Shown: positions 15,360-24,756, counted from the first letter of the stretch. The stretch is DNA of 64,000 bases from an uncultured Verrucomicrobiae bacterium (GCA_963806855.1 CAWDYW010000003.1:542129-606128); one strand, 5' to 3'. The notes: generated by a model not told the origin, from the sequence alone. Translations and numbers: made by a program.

Positions 15360-16955
15360 TCAATTCTTTTCCTCAGGCGCTTCACCGATTAGACACTCTG
15401 AGAGGAGAATTACCCCTGCGGAAGAGATTGCAAATTTGAGCCCGTTTTTCACTGTTTTCAGCGGATCGCGAATCCCAGCTTTGAACAGATCTTCCACCTT
15501 TCCTGTGCTTACATTGAACCCGATAGGATCTTTTTGATTTAAAATCTCCTCGAGAAAGAGAGAGCTATCGTAACCGCTATTCGCGACCAGCTTTTTGAAT
15601 GGGGTAGCACAAGCTTCAAAAGTGATCCGTGCACCAACCTCTTCGTCTTTGGTGAGTTTTATCTCTTTTTCAACAGCTTTGCAGGCGCGTAGGAGCGCGA
15701 TCCCACCGCCGACCACAATTCCCTCTTCAATTGCAGAGCGGGTCGAATTGAGGCTATCTTCAAAGACCTGTTTTTTCTGCTTTAGCTCAGTCTCTGTTGT
15801 TGCGCCAACTTTAATCACGGCGACTCCGCCCGAAAGTTTCGCTTTTCGCTCGTCCAATTTGGTTTTGTCATAGGAATTGGTCGTTTTTTCTGCCTCTGCA
15901 ATGATCTGTTTAATCCGTTTCTGGATCGCTTTAGGCTCGCCCGCGCCGCCGATAATGGTCGTACGGTCCTTCGTGATGACAATTTTCTCCGCAGAGCCGA
16001 TCATCGTGTTGTCGACATCTTTCAGAGCGGTTCCTGTCTCTTCTGAGACCAGGGTTGCTCCTGTAAGGATTGCCAGATCTTCTAGCATTGCTTTGCGTCT
16101 GTCGCCAAAACCAGGGGCTTTGACCGCGCAGACCTTCAGTTTGCCGCGGAGCTGGTTGATGACGAGCGTTGAGAGAGCATCTCCTTCAATATCGTCAGCG
16201 ATAATCAGCAGCTCTTGTCCACTTGCTGCAGTTGCTTGCAAGAGGGGAAGGAGTTCTTGGACAGAGCCAATTTTTGCATCGGTAATCAGGATGAGGGGCT
16301 TATTCAATTCGCAGATCATTTTTTCGTGATTAGTGGAGAAATAGGCACTTAAATAACCACGATCAAATTGCATTCCCTCGACCATCTCGATCGTCGTCTC
16401 GACCCCTTTGGCCTCCTCGATCGAAATGACCCCTGTTTTGCCCACCTTCTTAAACGCTTCGGCAATCAGCTTGCCCACCTCTTGAGCACCTGATGCAGAG
16501 GCAATGGCAATCTCTTCGATGTCGCTATCTTGCTTGATCGGCGTCGATTTCTTTTCCAGTTCGGAGACTATGGCTGCCGCTGCCTTTTCCATGCCCCGTT
16601 TGACCAGAATCGGGCTCGTGCCGGAGGCGATATTCTTAATTCCATTATCGACCAGCGCTCCGAGGAGCAAAATGCTCGTTGTTGTCCCATCGCCGCAAGT
16701 CTCTTTCATTTTGGTCGCCATCTCTTTGCCGATGGAAGCGCCCATATTGGCATATTGGTTCTTCAGTACAATGTCTTTCACAATGCTGTTGCCGTCGTTG
16801 GTGATTTGAGGAGCACCCCAGCCGGTGTCAAGGCCAACATAGCGTCCTTTGGGCCCCAGGGTCACGCCGACGACATCGGTCAGTTCCTTGATCCCTTTGC
16901 GTAAGAATTCGCGTGCTTCTTCTTCGAAAATGAGCTCTTTGGCTTTGTCTGACAT
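15360..16955 (-). CDS. groEL: chaperonin GroEL paralog (no adjacent groES, no GGM tail)
   Basis: 531 aa. GPKGRYVGL and CGDGTTTSILL motifs. It ends in EAPEEKN instead of a Gly-Met repeat, as in the extra chlamydial GroEL2/3 copies. Confidence 0.9.
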   Translation of the reverse strand: MSDKAKELIFEEEAREFLRKGIKELTDVVGVTLGPKGRYVGLDTGWGAPQITNDGNSIVKDIVLKNQYANMGASIGKEMATKMKETCGDGTTTSILLLGALVDNGIKNIASGTSPILVKRGMEKAAAAIVSELEKKSTPIKQDSDIEEIAIASASGAQEVGKLIAEAFKKVGKTGVISIEEAKGVETTIEMVEGMQFDRGYLSAYFSTNHEKMICELNKPLILITDAKIGSVQELLPLLQATAASGQELLIIADDIEGDALSTLVINQLRGKLKVCAVKAPGFGDRRKAMLEDLAILTGATLVSEETGTALKDVDNTMIGSAEKIVITKDRTTIIGGAGEPKAIQKRIKQIIAEAEKTTNSYDKTKLDERKAKLSGGVAVIKVGATTETELKQKKQVFEDSLNSTRSAIEEGIVVGGGIALLRACKAVEKEIKLTKDEEVGARITFEACATPFKKLVANSGYDSSLFLEEILNQKDPIGFNVSTGKVEDLFKAGIRDPLKTVKNGLKFAISSAGVILLSECLIGEAPEEKN

Positions 16956-17695
16956 TATTTTTTCTCCTTCATAATTTCATGTAATCCAATCAAAGTGAGG
17001 GCGGGGTCGATCAAGTCGACGATATCACTTAGATCTTGTGCGAGCTGCTCGACGCTGGCTATTAAGCCTCCCGTCGCAATCACCTTCACATCGCTTGGCG
17101 AGGGGGCGAGGCGGCGCATTTCAAAGGTGATGCGCTCCACCGCGCCGAGCAGTCCCCAATAGAGACCGCCTTGGATATGCGTTTCAGTTGTCTTGGCAAT
17201 CGGCGATTCCGGTTTAACGATTTTTACCTCTGGGAGCAGGCTCGTATACTGTGCAAGTGCCTTTGCACCGATATCGACCCCAGGATAAATCGCCCCACCC
17301 AAATAGTGGCCATTGCATGCAGCATAATCGAATGTGACTGCGGTTCCTATATCAACGACAACGCAATCATTCTGCGGGAAATGATATAGCGCGCCGTACA
17401 CATTGGCGATCCGGTCGTGTCCCACTTGCTCTGGCTCATCGACATCTAACACCACTTTGACTTTGGAAAAATCGAGTAAATTGAACGGGAGGTTAAGCTC
17501 ATCAAAGAGTGCTTTCACCTTCGCTTCGCCCTCTCGGTTGACCGAGGAGATCAGCGTCGCATCGCTCTTGACAGAGGAGAGGATCCCCTTTAACTCCGAC
17601 ATATCATAGGGGGTTCGAAATTGAGAGACGACCCTGTCGCCATCAAAAAACGCCCCTTTCAATCTGAAATTGCCTAAATCTAAAACCAAATCCAT
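16955..17695 (-). CDS. coaX: type III pantothenate kinase
   Basis: 246 aa. N-terminal LDLGNFRLK and the ASKHA-fold motifs VVDIGTAVTFD and ATGG. Its stop shares 1 nt with the groEL start. Confidence 0.85.
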   Translation of the reverse strand: MDLVLDLGNFRLKGAFFDGDRVVSQFRTPYDMSELKGILSSVKSDATLISSVNREGEAKVKALFDELNLPFNLLDFSKVKVVLDVDEPEQVGHDRIANVYGALYHFPQNDCVVVDIGTAVTFDYAACNGHYLGGAIYPGVDIGAKALAQYTSLLPEVKIVKPESPIAKTTETHIQGGLYWGLLGAVERITFEMRRLAPSPSDVKVIATGGLIASVEQLAQDLSDIVDLIDPALTLIGLHEIMKEKK

Positions 17696-17705
17696 CGCAG
17701 TGGCA

Positions 17706-18512
17706 TTATAAATCTTCGTCTGAAATCAAGCAAGAATAGACCGCTTTTTTTGGCACACCACGCAATTCTGCAGCCAATTTGATCGCTTCTTGCTTGCTAA
17801 GATCAAATTGTTCTTGGAGCTCATGCACGTGCTCAGCCGGGGATTGTGTGTAATTGATTTTGGCGTGCCCTTCGATGATTAGCACCACTTCGCCGCGAAT
17901 ATTGGCATGTAAAAGCTCTTCGGCTTTGCCCTTCAGGCACTCCTCGTAAATTTTCGTCATCTCGCGCACAACCGCCACCTGATGCTCCGAGCCAAGCTGA
18001 GCGATTTCGCCTAACGTTTTGTGGATACGCTCTGGGCTTTCGAAGAAGATGGTGACACCCGGATAGAAAAGGGCATCGATGAGTGAAGCTTTTCTTTCTG
18101 ATGCCTTCTTCGAGAGGAAACCTAAAAATTGGAACCGATCCATGTTAAATCCCGAAAGGGACAGGGCGACAATCGGAGCGGAAGGACCCGGTAGAGAAGT
18201 GAAGGGGAGATTGTGCTTTCGGCATTGCTCGATCAGCTGTTGCCCTGGATCAGAAATGCCCGGGGTGCCGGCGTCGGAGATGAGCCCGATTTTTTTCCCC
18301 TCTCTCAAATCTGCCACCACAAGCTCCTCGAGTTTTTTTTCGTTGAATTTATGGAAGCTCTTGAGTGGTTTTTCAATCCCGTAGTGTTTGAGTAAGAAAG
18401 CACTTTTTCGCGTATCTTCGCAAAGAATATAGTCGACACTTTTTAAAGTCTCGACAGCTCGAAAAGTAATATCGGAAAGATTGCCGATGGGAGTCGCGAT
18501 TAAATATAACAT
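17706..18512 (-). CDS. rsmI: 16S rRNA (cytidine1402-2'-O)-methyltransferase
   Basis: MLYLIATPIGNLSDITFRA, CEDTR and ISDAGTPGISDPG. The start is moved to 18512 because the longer track ORF (to 18611) runs through the tRNA-Cys gene. Confidence 0.9.
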   Translation of the reverse strand: MLYLIATPIGNLSDITFRAVETLKSVDYILCEDTRKSAFLLKHYGIEKPLKSFHKFNEKKLEELVVADLREGKKIGLISDAGTPGISDPGQQLIEQCRKHNLPFTSLPGPSAPIVALSLSGFNMDRFQFLGFLSKKASERKASLIDALFYPGVTIFFESPERIHKTLGEIAQLGSEHQVAVVREMTKIYEECLKGKAEELLHANIRGEVVLIIEGHAKINYTQSPAEHVHELQEQFDLSKQEAIKLAAELRGVPKKAVYSCLISDEDL

Positions 18513-18523
18513 ATAAGAATTAA

Positions 18524-18595
18524 AGGTGGCACCCAGATTCGAACTGGGGAATGGGAGCTTTGCAGGCTCCTGCCTTACCACTTGGCCATGCCACC
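18524..18595 (-). tRNA. tRNA-Cys (anticodon GCA)
   Basis: The reverse complement folds as a cloverleaf. Acceptor GGTGGCA/TGCCACC, anticodon stem GGAGC/GCTCC with loop CTGCAAA, T arm CCCAG-TTCGAAT-CTGGG, discriminator U. No encoded CCA. Confidence 0.9.
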
Positions 18596-18752
18596 CTAAA
18601 GATGAAATCAAGTATGCGAAAAGTTTGCAAAGAGGTCAAGTTTATCTAATTAAAATATATTTTTTACAGCGATGTTGCCAAAATTGGCTTTAAAAAAATA
18701 TATATAATTTGTATCAGGAAGGAAATAGAGGGCCAACATAGGGGGATACTCA

Positions 18753-19895
18753 ATGAGAAAAGTCGCGCAAACTTTTGCATTAAGTTCAGATAAAGAGCTT
18801 TTTAAACAAATCGCCAACAGCGCAGAAATACAAATTAGTGGAAATAATCCTTGGGATATTCAAGTACATAATGATGCCTTTTATAAGCGGGTGTTAGCAG
18901 ATGGTTCTCTTGGGCTAGGAGAATCCTACATGCTTGGCTGGTGGGATGCAAAATCTTTAGATCAGACGATATTTCAAATTGTTCGTGCAGATCTTGAAAA
19001 AAATATAAAGCCCTCATTGTCAATGTCCTTGGCCTTCATCAAAGCTAAACTTTTCAATTTACAAACCAAATCCGGCAGCATGGAAGTTATCGAGCAGCAC
19101 TATCAATTAGGAAATGATCTGTTCCTGAATATGTTAGATGAATCTTTGGCCTATAGCTGTGGTTATTGGAAAGATGCCAAGACTTTAGACCAGGCGCAAA
19201 AGGCAAAATTTGACCTTATTGCTAGGAAATTGGGTTTCACTAAAGGAATGAAGGTTTTAGATATTGGTTGTGGGTGGGGAGGATTTGCAAAGTATATTTC
19301 AGAAAACTACGGGGTTGAAGTGTTAGCAATTACACTTTCTGAAAATCAAGCAGATTATGCAAAAAAAATCGTCCAACATCTTCCTGTAGAAGTAAAAGTA
19401 CTAGACTATCGGGATGTAAAGGGTCAATTCGATAGAGTTGTTGAAATTGGAATGTTTGAGCATGTAGGGTATAAGAATTATCGCTCGTTCATGGAAATTG
19501 TACATCGCCTTTTAAAAGATGATGGGATGTTAATGCTTCATACGATTGGAAGTAATACTTCTTCTGCCTGTATAGAACCTTTTCTGGAAAAGTACATTTT
19601 CAAAAATGCCCAGCTGCCTTCTATCGCTCAAATTGGGACAGCGATCGAAGGATTATTTGTCATGGAAGATTGGCATAATTTTAGTGTGGATTATGATAAA
19701 ACTCTAATGGAATGGTTCAAGAAGTTTGATCAGAATTGGCCAAAACTGAAAAGTTCCTACCCTGAATCATTTTACCGAATGTGGAAATATTATCTTCTTA
19801 GTTTGGCAGGGGGTTTTCGAGCTAGACATATCCAACTCTGGCAGGTAGTTCTTTCAAAGCAGGGAGTTTTAGGGGGCTATAAAACGGTTAGGTAA
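18753..19895 (+). CDS. cfa: cyclopropane-fatty-acyl-phospholipid synthase family SAM methyltransferase
   Basis: 380 aa. SAM motif VLDIGCGWGGFAKY, then FDRVVEIGMFEHVG, with CFA-synthase-like N- and C-terminal regions. The gene is AT-rich compared with its flanks. Confidence 0.85.
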   Translation: MRKVAQTFALSSDKELFKQIANSAEIQISGNNPWDIQVHNDAFYKRVLADGSLGLGESYMLGWWDAKSLDQTIFQIVRADLEKNIKPSLSMSLAFIKAKLFNLQTKSGSMEVIEQHYQLGNDLFLNMLDESLAYSCGYWKDAKTLDQAQKAKFDLIARKLGFTKGMKVLDIGCGWGGFAKYISENYGVEVLAITLSENQADYAKKIVQHLPVEVKVLDYRDVKGQFDRVVEIGMFEHVGYKNYRSFMEIVHRLLKDDGMLMLHTIGSNTSSACIEPFLEKYIFKNAQLPSIAQIGTAIEGLFVMEDWHNFSVDYDKTLMEWFKKFDQNWPKLKSSYPESFYRMWKYYLLSLAGGFRARHIQLWQVVLSKQGVLGGYKTVR

Positions 19896-19963
19896 TATCA
19901 GCCTCAATATCTTAAGGATTTTTTAGTAGAAAATTAAGAAAAAAAGTGAGACCTTTGGGTTGC

Positions 19964-21286
19964 ATGAAACATAAAGCACTCAAAGAAATTGCTCACATTC
20001 TAGGCCTACAGGTAGACCAAAATCGAACTGTTGCCCATTTTGCTGTCGACAGTAGGCAGATGGAACGTCAAGGTCTTTTCTTCGCCCTCCCAGGAGCCAA
20101 AGCCGATGGTCATTTCTTTTTGAAGGAAGTGGCAGAAAAGGGGGCTCTAGGAGCTGTCGTCTCGAAACATTATTCTGGACCGAGCTTTGGCTTGGAGCTG
20201 ATCAAAGTGCCCGATGTCCTCGAGGCGCTGCACACTTTGGCAAAAAGCGCCTTCAATCTGCGTAAAGAAAAAGTAGTTGGAATCACTGGCTCCATGGGGA
20301 AAACCACTTCGAAAGAGTTTGTGGCGACTCTTCTTGAAGCTAAATATCGAGTTGCGAAGACGCCGGGGAATCACAATACCCAACTTACCCTTCCGCTAAC
20401 CTTGCTCAATTTAGAAGGGGAGTATGATGTGCTCGTCCTCGAAATGGGGATGAACAATCCTGGCGAAATCAAAACGCTCGTGCACATCGCGCCGCCCGAT
20501 TTGGCTCTGCTGACGAGGATTGCGCCGGCCGGGATGACCGATTTTCGAGGGGGACTCGAGGCGATCGCCCACGCCAAAGCTGAAATTTTCTCCCACCCAC
20601 GGACTAAATTTGGAATTGTCAGCTGCCAGGCGGCAAAGTTTAAGCAGGTGCTCTATGGTAGTGGGGTGCCAAAGTGGATTTACGGATGGAAAGAGAACTT
20701 TGAAGATCCCCGAATGGGCGACTTTGTGATGGAAGAAAGAGGAGAGGATGTGGTCATTAATGACAGCCCCCCGATCTCCCTGGCATTTGAGGCTCGCCAT
20801 CTGCGAGAGAATTTTTTAGCGGCGGCAACAGTGGCTAAGGCGATGGGTCTGACTTGGAGCGAAATCAAGAGCCAAGCTCTTCACCTCAAGCCTTTTAAAC
20901 ATCGCTTTGAAAAAATTGAGCGAGATGGTATCACTTTCATCCAAGATTGTTACAACGCAAATCCGGAGTCGATTCTCGCTGCCTTGAAAAATCTCCCCAA
21001 GGCAAAGGGGAAAAAGATCGGAGTATTGGGAGCCATGCCCGATCTAGGGGACCAATCGGCTTTTTTCCATACTCAGGTGGGCAATGCGGCCAAAGAATAT
21101 CTCGATCGGCTGCTCTGTATAGGAGAAGATGCCAAAAATTATGCGGCAGCTTTCTCTAAGGATGCGAAGCATTTTAGCCAACTCGCTGAAATTAAGAAGG
21201 AACTCTTTGCCCTTGCAGAGCCGGGCGATGTAGTGCTCATTAAAGGGGGGAATGGTTTTAAATTATGGCAACTTCTGGAAAATTAA
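19964..21286 (+). CDS. murF: UDP-N-acetylmuramoyl-tripeptide--D-alanyl-D-alanine ligase
   Basis: Mur ligase P-loop GITGSMGKTTSKE, VLEMGMN, and a C-terminal domain. ATG 19964 is preferred; GTG 19946 is the alternative. It is the first gene of the dcw block. Confidence 0.9.
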   Translation: MKHKALKEIAHILGLQVDQNRTVAHFAVDSRQMERQGLFFALPGAKADGHFFLKEVAEKGALGAVVSKHYSGPSFGLELIKVPDVLEALHTLAKSAFNLRKEKVVGITGSMGKTTSKEFVATLLEAKYRVAKTPGNHNTQLTLPLTLLNLEGEYDVLVLEMGMNNPGEIKTLVHIAPPDLALLTRIAPAGMTDFRGGLEAIAHAKAEIFSHPRTKFGIVSCQAAKFKQVLYGSGVPKWIYGWKENFEDPRMGDFVMEERGEDVVINDSPPISLAFEARHLRENFLAAATVAKAMGLTWSEIKSQALHLKPFKHRFEKIERDGITFIQDCYNANPESILAALKNLPKAKGKKIGVLGAMPDLGDQSAFFHTQVGNAAKEYLDRLLCIGEDAKNYAAAFSKDAKHFSQLAEIKKELFALAEPGDVVLIKGGNGFKLWQLLEN

Positions 21287-21287
21287 T

Positions 21288-22436
21288 GTGTTATTGCTTT
21301 TAATTCGCTTTTTGCAAAGTCATTTAGGGATCCACGTCCCGACAGCGTTTTCCTACTCTTCGACTAGGATGCTCTTCGCTGCTATCACCACTCTGCTCAT
21401 CACCATTTTTTTAGGCCCTTACTGCATTCGAAGGCTCTATGAGCTGAAAACCGGCCAATCGATTCGAGTGGAAGATTGCCCGCTCCTAGTGGAACTGCAC
21501 AAGAAAAAGAAAGATACCCCGACGATGGGGGGAATCCTCATCCTTTTTTCGATGCTCGTTGCCCTCATCTTGTGGATGGATCTTACCAGCATCTATACGC
21601 TGATTTTCTTCGTCGGAACTATCTTTTTAGGCCTTGTAGGCGGCTTTGATGATTACTTGAAGATGAAGCATAAAAACTCCAAAGGGCTCAAATCGAGAAA
21701 AAAATTTGCGCTCCAGGTGCTCCTCGCAGCACTTATTGGTGCCTATCTGATCTGGACTCCAGGGTTATTGGAAATGGGAGAATGGTTCAAGGCGCCCAAG
21801 GAATATTTTGGCACCTATTTTCTCCCCTTTATGAAGGGCCCGTTTTTCACCTTGCATGGCCCCCTATTGATTTTGGGACTTTTGTTCACCATTTTTGTCA
21901 TCACCGGTTCTTCTAATGCGGTCAACCTCACAGATGGGTTAGATGGTCTTGCTGCCGGAACGATCACGATGGTCGCCGGCGTGCTTGCGCTCTTTTCCTT
22001 TTTGTCGAACAACCTTGAGGTGGCCCGCTACTTGAATATTCTCTACATCGAAGGCAGTGGAGAGATCGGAGTCTACATGGCGGCGATGCTCGGAGCGAGT
22101 CTTGGATTTTTGTGGTATAACGGCTATCCGGCGCAGGTGTTCATGGGCGACACCGGATCGCTCGCTCTTGGGGGGATTCTCGGGATTGCAGCCGTTTTCT
22201 TAAGACGCGAAGTGCTCCTCGCGTTAATCGGAGGGGTATTTGTGATGGAAGCGCTATCGGTGATTTTGCAAGTGCTTAGCTACCGGTATCGGAATAAAAA
22301 GCGGATCTTTTTATGCGCCCCTCTCCATCACCATTTTGAGTTCAAAGGGTGGCCGGAGACGAAGGTGGTGCTCCGATTTTGGATCATCGCTCTGATTTTA
22401 GGATTAATTGGTATTATCTCAATAAAGATACAATGA
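21288..22436 (+). CDS. mraY: phospho-N-acetylmuramoyl-pentapeptide transferase
   Basis: NAVNLTDGLDGLA, FMGDTGSLALGG and PLHHHFE. GTG 21288 gives an N-terminus collinear with E. coli MraY and abuts the murF stop; the track start at 21252 is the alternative. Confidence 0.9.
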   Translation: MLLLLIRFLQSHLGIHVPTAFSYSSTRMLFAAITTLLITIFLGPYCIRRLYELKTGQSIRVEDCPLLVELHKKKKDTPTMGGILILFSMLVALILWMDLTSIYTLIFFVGTIFLGLVGGFDDYLKMKHKNSKGLKSRKKFALQVLLAALIGAYLIWTPGLLEMGEWFKAPKEYFGTYFLPFMKGPFFTLHGPLLILGLLFTIFVITGSSNAVNLTDGLDGLAAGTITMVAGVLALFSFLSNNLEVARYLNILYIEGSGEIGVYMAAMLGASLGFLWYNGYPAQVFMGDTGSLALGGILGIAAVFLRREVLLALIGGVFVMEALSVILQVLSYRYRNKKRIFLCAPLHHHFEFKGWPETKVVLRFWIIALILGLIGIISIKIQ

Positions 22437-23566
22437 AGGCACTCGTACTTGGACTTGGGATTAGCGGAAATAGCGTAGTGAGATTTCTCGAAAAGAGAGG
22501 ATACACCGTTATTGGTGTCGATGATAAGGTTGCTCCGCAAAATTTCGAAACATTAAAAGGGTTCGACCTCTTTGTCCCTTCTCCAGGTATTCCAAGAAGC
22601 CATCGGCTCTATCAGATGGCTCTGAATGAGAAAATCCCAATTGCAGGTGATGTCGAGCTGGCCCTGCGGGAGTGCAAGCAGCCATGCATAGCAGTAACCG
22701 GGTCGAATGGAAAAACGACGACAGTCAAAATGATCGAGCATTGCCTCAATCTTTCTGGCAAGAGGGCGCGCGCCGTTGGCAACGTAGGCGATCCCATCGC
22801 TGACAATATCGGGGGGGATGAAATTCTCGTCGTCGAATTGAGCTCCTACCAACTTGAGACCCTCGCTGCGAAGGTCTTTGATGTGGGGATCATCCTCAAT
22901 ATTTTCGAAAATCATTTAGACCGTTATGACGATTTTGAGGCCTACTCCAGAGCAAAGGTGCGCCTTGAACATTGCATCAAACCAGATGGCAAGTTCTATG
23001 TTCACAGCTCGGTAGATCCAAATCTCTTCGAGAACCCGTTTGTCGAATTTCGTGGCGACAATAGGGAAGCTGCATTTTTCGCCTGCGCATATTTCGGAGT
23101 CGATCGAAACTCATTCGATTCAGCGCTTTCTTCTTTTGTTAAACCACCTCATCGGATAGAATTTGTCGCTAAAATAGAAGGCATCTCCTACTATAACGAC
23201 AGCAAGGGAACCAATGTGCCGGCCATGATCAAAGCGCTCGAAGTTTTAAATACAGAAGTGGTGCTGATCGCTGGTGGCCAGGATAAAGGACTGAATTTTA
23301 GCCCCCTCTGCGCCTACAAAGATCGCATGTCTTCTGTTGTCGTGTATGGAGAAGCTCGCGAAAAAATTGCGACTGCATTAAAACAGACTGTAGATGTCCA
23401 TGTCGTCGTGACACTGCAAGAAGCGGTGGAATGTGCGAGAAGACTTGTGAAAAAGGACGGGACCGTCCTCTTTTCGCCAGGATGTGCAAGTTTTGATGCA
23501 TTCAAGAATTATGCCGAACGTGGTGAGGCATTTAAAACATACGTTAAAAGTCATTGTAAGGAGTGA
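22433..23566 (+). CDS. murD: UDP-N-acetylmuramoylalanine--D-glutamate ligase
   Basis: MKALVLGLGISGNS Rossmann start and VTGSNGKTTT P-loop. The ATGA overlap with the mraY stop supports a start at 22433. Confidence 0.9.
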   Translation: MKALVLGLGISGNSVVRFLEKRGYTVIGVDDKVAPQNFETLKGFDLFVPSPGIPRSHRLYQMALNEKIPIAGDVELALRECKQPCIAVTGSNGKTTTVKMIEHCLNLSGKRARAVGNVGDPIADNIGGDEILVVELSSYQLETLAAKVFDVGIILNIFENHLDRYDDFEAYSRAKVRLEHCIKPDGKFYVHSSVDPNLFENPFVEFRGDNREAAFFACAYFGVDRNSFDSALSSFVKPPHRIEFVAKIEGISYYNDSKGTNVPAMIKALEVLNTEVVLIAGGQDKGLNFSPLCAYKDRMSSVVVYGEAREKIATALKQTVDVHVVVTLQEAVECARRLVKKDGTVLFSPGCASFDAFKNYAERGEAFKTYVKSHCKE

Positions 23567-23569
23567 AGG

Positions 23570-24247
23570 ATGACCCGCAAAGACACAATCATTATAGCCG
23601 TACTTGTCAACGCAGCCCTTTTAATTGCATTATTCGTCACTGCCATTAAACGTGAAGATAGTCCACAAAGAGAAGAAGAGAAAATCGCTGCTACCATCCA
23701 ACCTATTGCTATTCCAGAGTCTGAGAAAAAAGAGATCAAAGCCGCGCAAGGCGATGAGATCGATCTCGTTTTGAAAGAATTTTCTGAGAAGAAAGCAGAA
23801 GTTGCCGCCACCGAGGAGAGCGCTAAAATCGATTTCGTCAAAGAATTGGAAGCGATCACCAAGAGCGTTAGCGAGCTGCCCCAAGCAGGTGCGGCCCCTT
23901 CAGACGATTTCATCAAAGTCACCGTGAAGAAAGGGGATGTGCTTGAGAAGATCGCCCGCGCCAACCAGAGTTCCGTCGAAGAGATCATCCGAGTCAACCA
24001 GCTGAAAAATTCGATGCTTCAAATTGGCCAAACATTGAAGATCCCTCGCAAGGCCGGAGCGGTAACAGTTGCTAAAGCTGTTGAGAGCGGCGGCGCAGAG
24101 TATTATGTGGTGAAACAGGGAGACAATCCTTGGGCAATCGCAGTGAAAAATCATCTCAAAGTTGACGAACTTCTGAAACTGAATAATTTGACAGAAGAGA
24201 AAGCGCGTCATCTGAAGCCAGGCGATAAGCTCCGTATTAGAAAATAG
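23570..24247 (+). CDS. membrane-anchored protein with two LysM domains (at the NlpD position of the dcw cluster)
   Basis: 225 aa. An N-terminal TM helix, an acidic linker, then two LysM repeats (VTVKKGDVLEKIARAN...LKIP and YVVKQGDNPWAIAVKN...LRI). No M23/LytM metallopeptidase motifs are visible. Confidence 0.8.
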   Translation: MTRKDTIIIAVLVNAALLIALFVTAIKREDSPQREEEKIAATIQPIAIPESEKKEIKAAQGDEIDLVLKEFSEKKAEVAATEESAKIDFVKELEAITKSVSELPQAGAAPSDDFIKVTVKKGDVLEKIARANQSSVEEIIRVNQLKNSMLQIGQTLKIPRKAGAVTVAKAVESGGAEYYVVKQGDNPWAIAVKNHLKVDELLKLNNLTEEKARHLKPGDKLRIRK

Positions 24248-24256
24248 CTTTGTTTG

Positions 24257-24685
24257 ATGAGCACAGATATCAACGCAAAGACGCAAAGTCGCAAAGACGC
24301 GGAGAAAACAGAAAATATACTGGCAAGGCTAATTATTGATGCTGCCGTGGAAGTGCATACTACATTAGGTGGGCCTGGATTGTTAGAGAGCTTATATGAA
24401 GAAGCCTTATTGCAGGAGCTGAAATTAAGAAATATTCCTGTAGAGTCGCAAGTACACTTACCTGTAGTCTACAAAGGATATACCCTTAGAAACCCTTTAA
24501 GACTTGATTTACTTGTAGATCGTAAAGTGATTGTAGAAGTGAAAGCATCTGAGCAAGAGCTCCCCGTTCACAAATCACAGGTGTTGACTTATTTGCGGAT
24601 CACGAAACTAAAATTGGGTTTGCTTCTCAATTTTGGTCAGAAGTATTTGCGTGATGGAATAGAAAGGGTTGTAAATGAACTATAA
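24257..24685 (+). CDS. GxxExxY protein (PD-(D/E)XK nuclease superfamily)
   Basis: GPGLLESLYEEAL fits the GxxExxY signature and LDLLVDRKVIVEVK fits D...ExK. The length of about 140 aa is typical. Residues 6-16 (INAKTQSRKDA) are translated from the left repeat arm. Confidence 0.8.
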   Translation: MSTDINAKTQSRKDAEKTENILARLIIDAAVEVHTTLGGPGLLESLYEEALLQELKLRNIPVESQVHLPVVYKGYTLRNPLRLDLLVDRKVIVEVKASEQELPVHKSQVLTYLRITKLKLGLLLNFGQKYLRDGIERVVNEL

Positions 24686-24722
24686 AAAAATTGCGTCTTT
24701 GCGCCTTTGCGTCTTTGCGTTG
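24271..24722. mobile_element. inverted-arm cassette carrying a GxxExxY nuclease gene (REPtron-like; mobility inferred)
   Basis: The left arm at 24271-24300 and the reverse complement of 24693-24722 match 29/30 (CAACGCAAAGACGCAAAG[T/G]CGCAAAGACGC). The arms enclose a single ORF, and gene-less copies of the arms occur at 13220, 39298 and 46607. Confidence 0.45.
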
Positions 24723-24756
24723 AAAAAGCCTGATCAGTTAACCCCCTCTACCTTCG

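Noticed and set aside
18513-18611. The N-terminal extension of rsmI (track ORF 17706..18611).
   Set aside because: The extension is the reverse complement of the tRNA-Cys gene. The conserved RsmI N-terminus begins at MLYLIATPIGN (18512).
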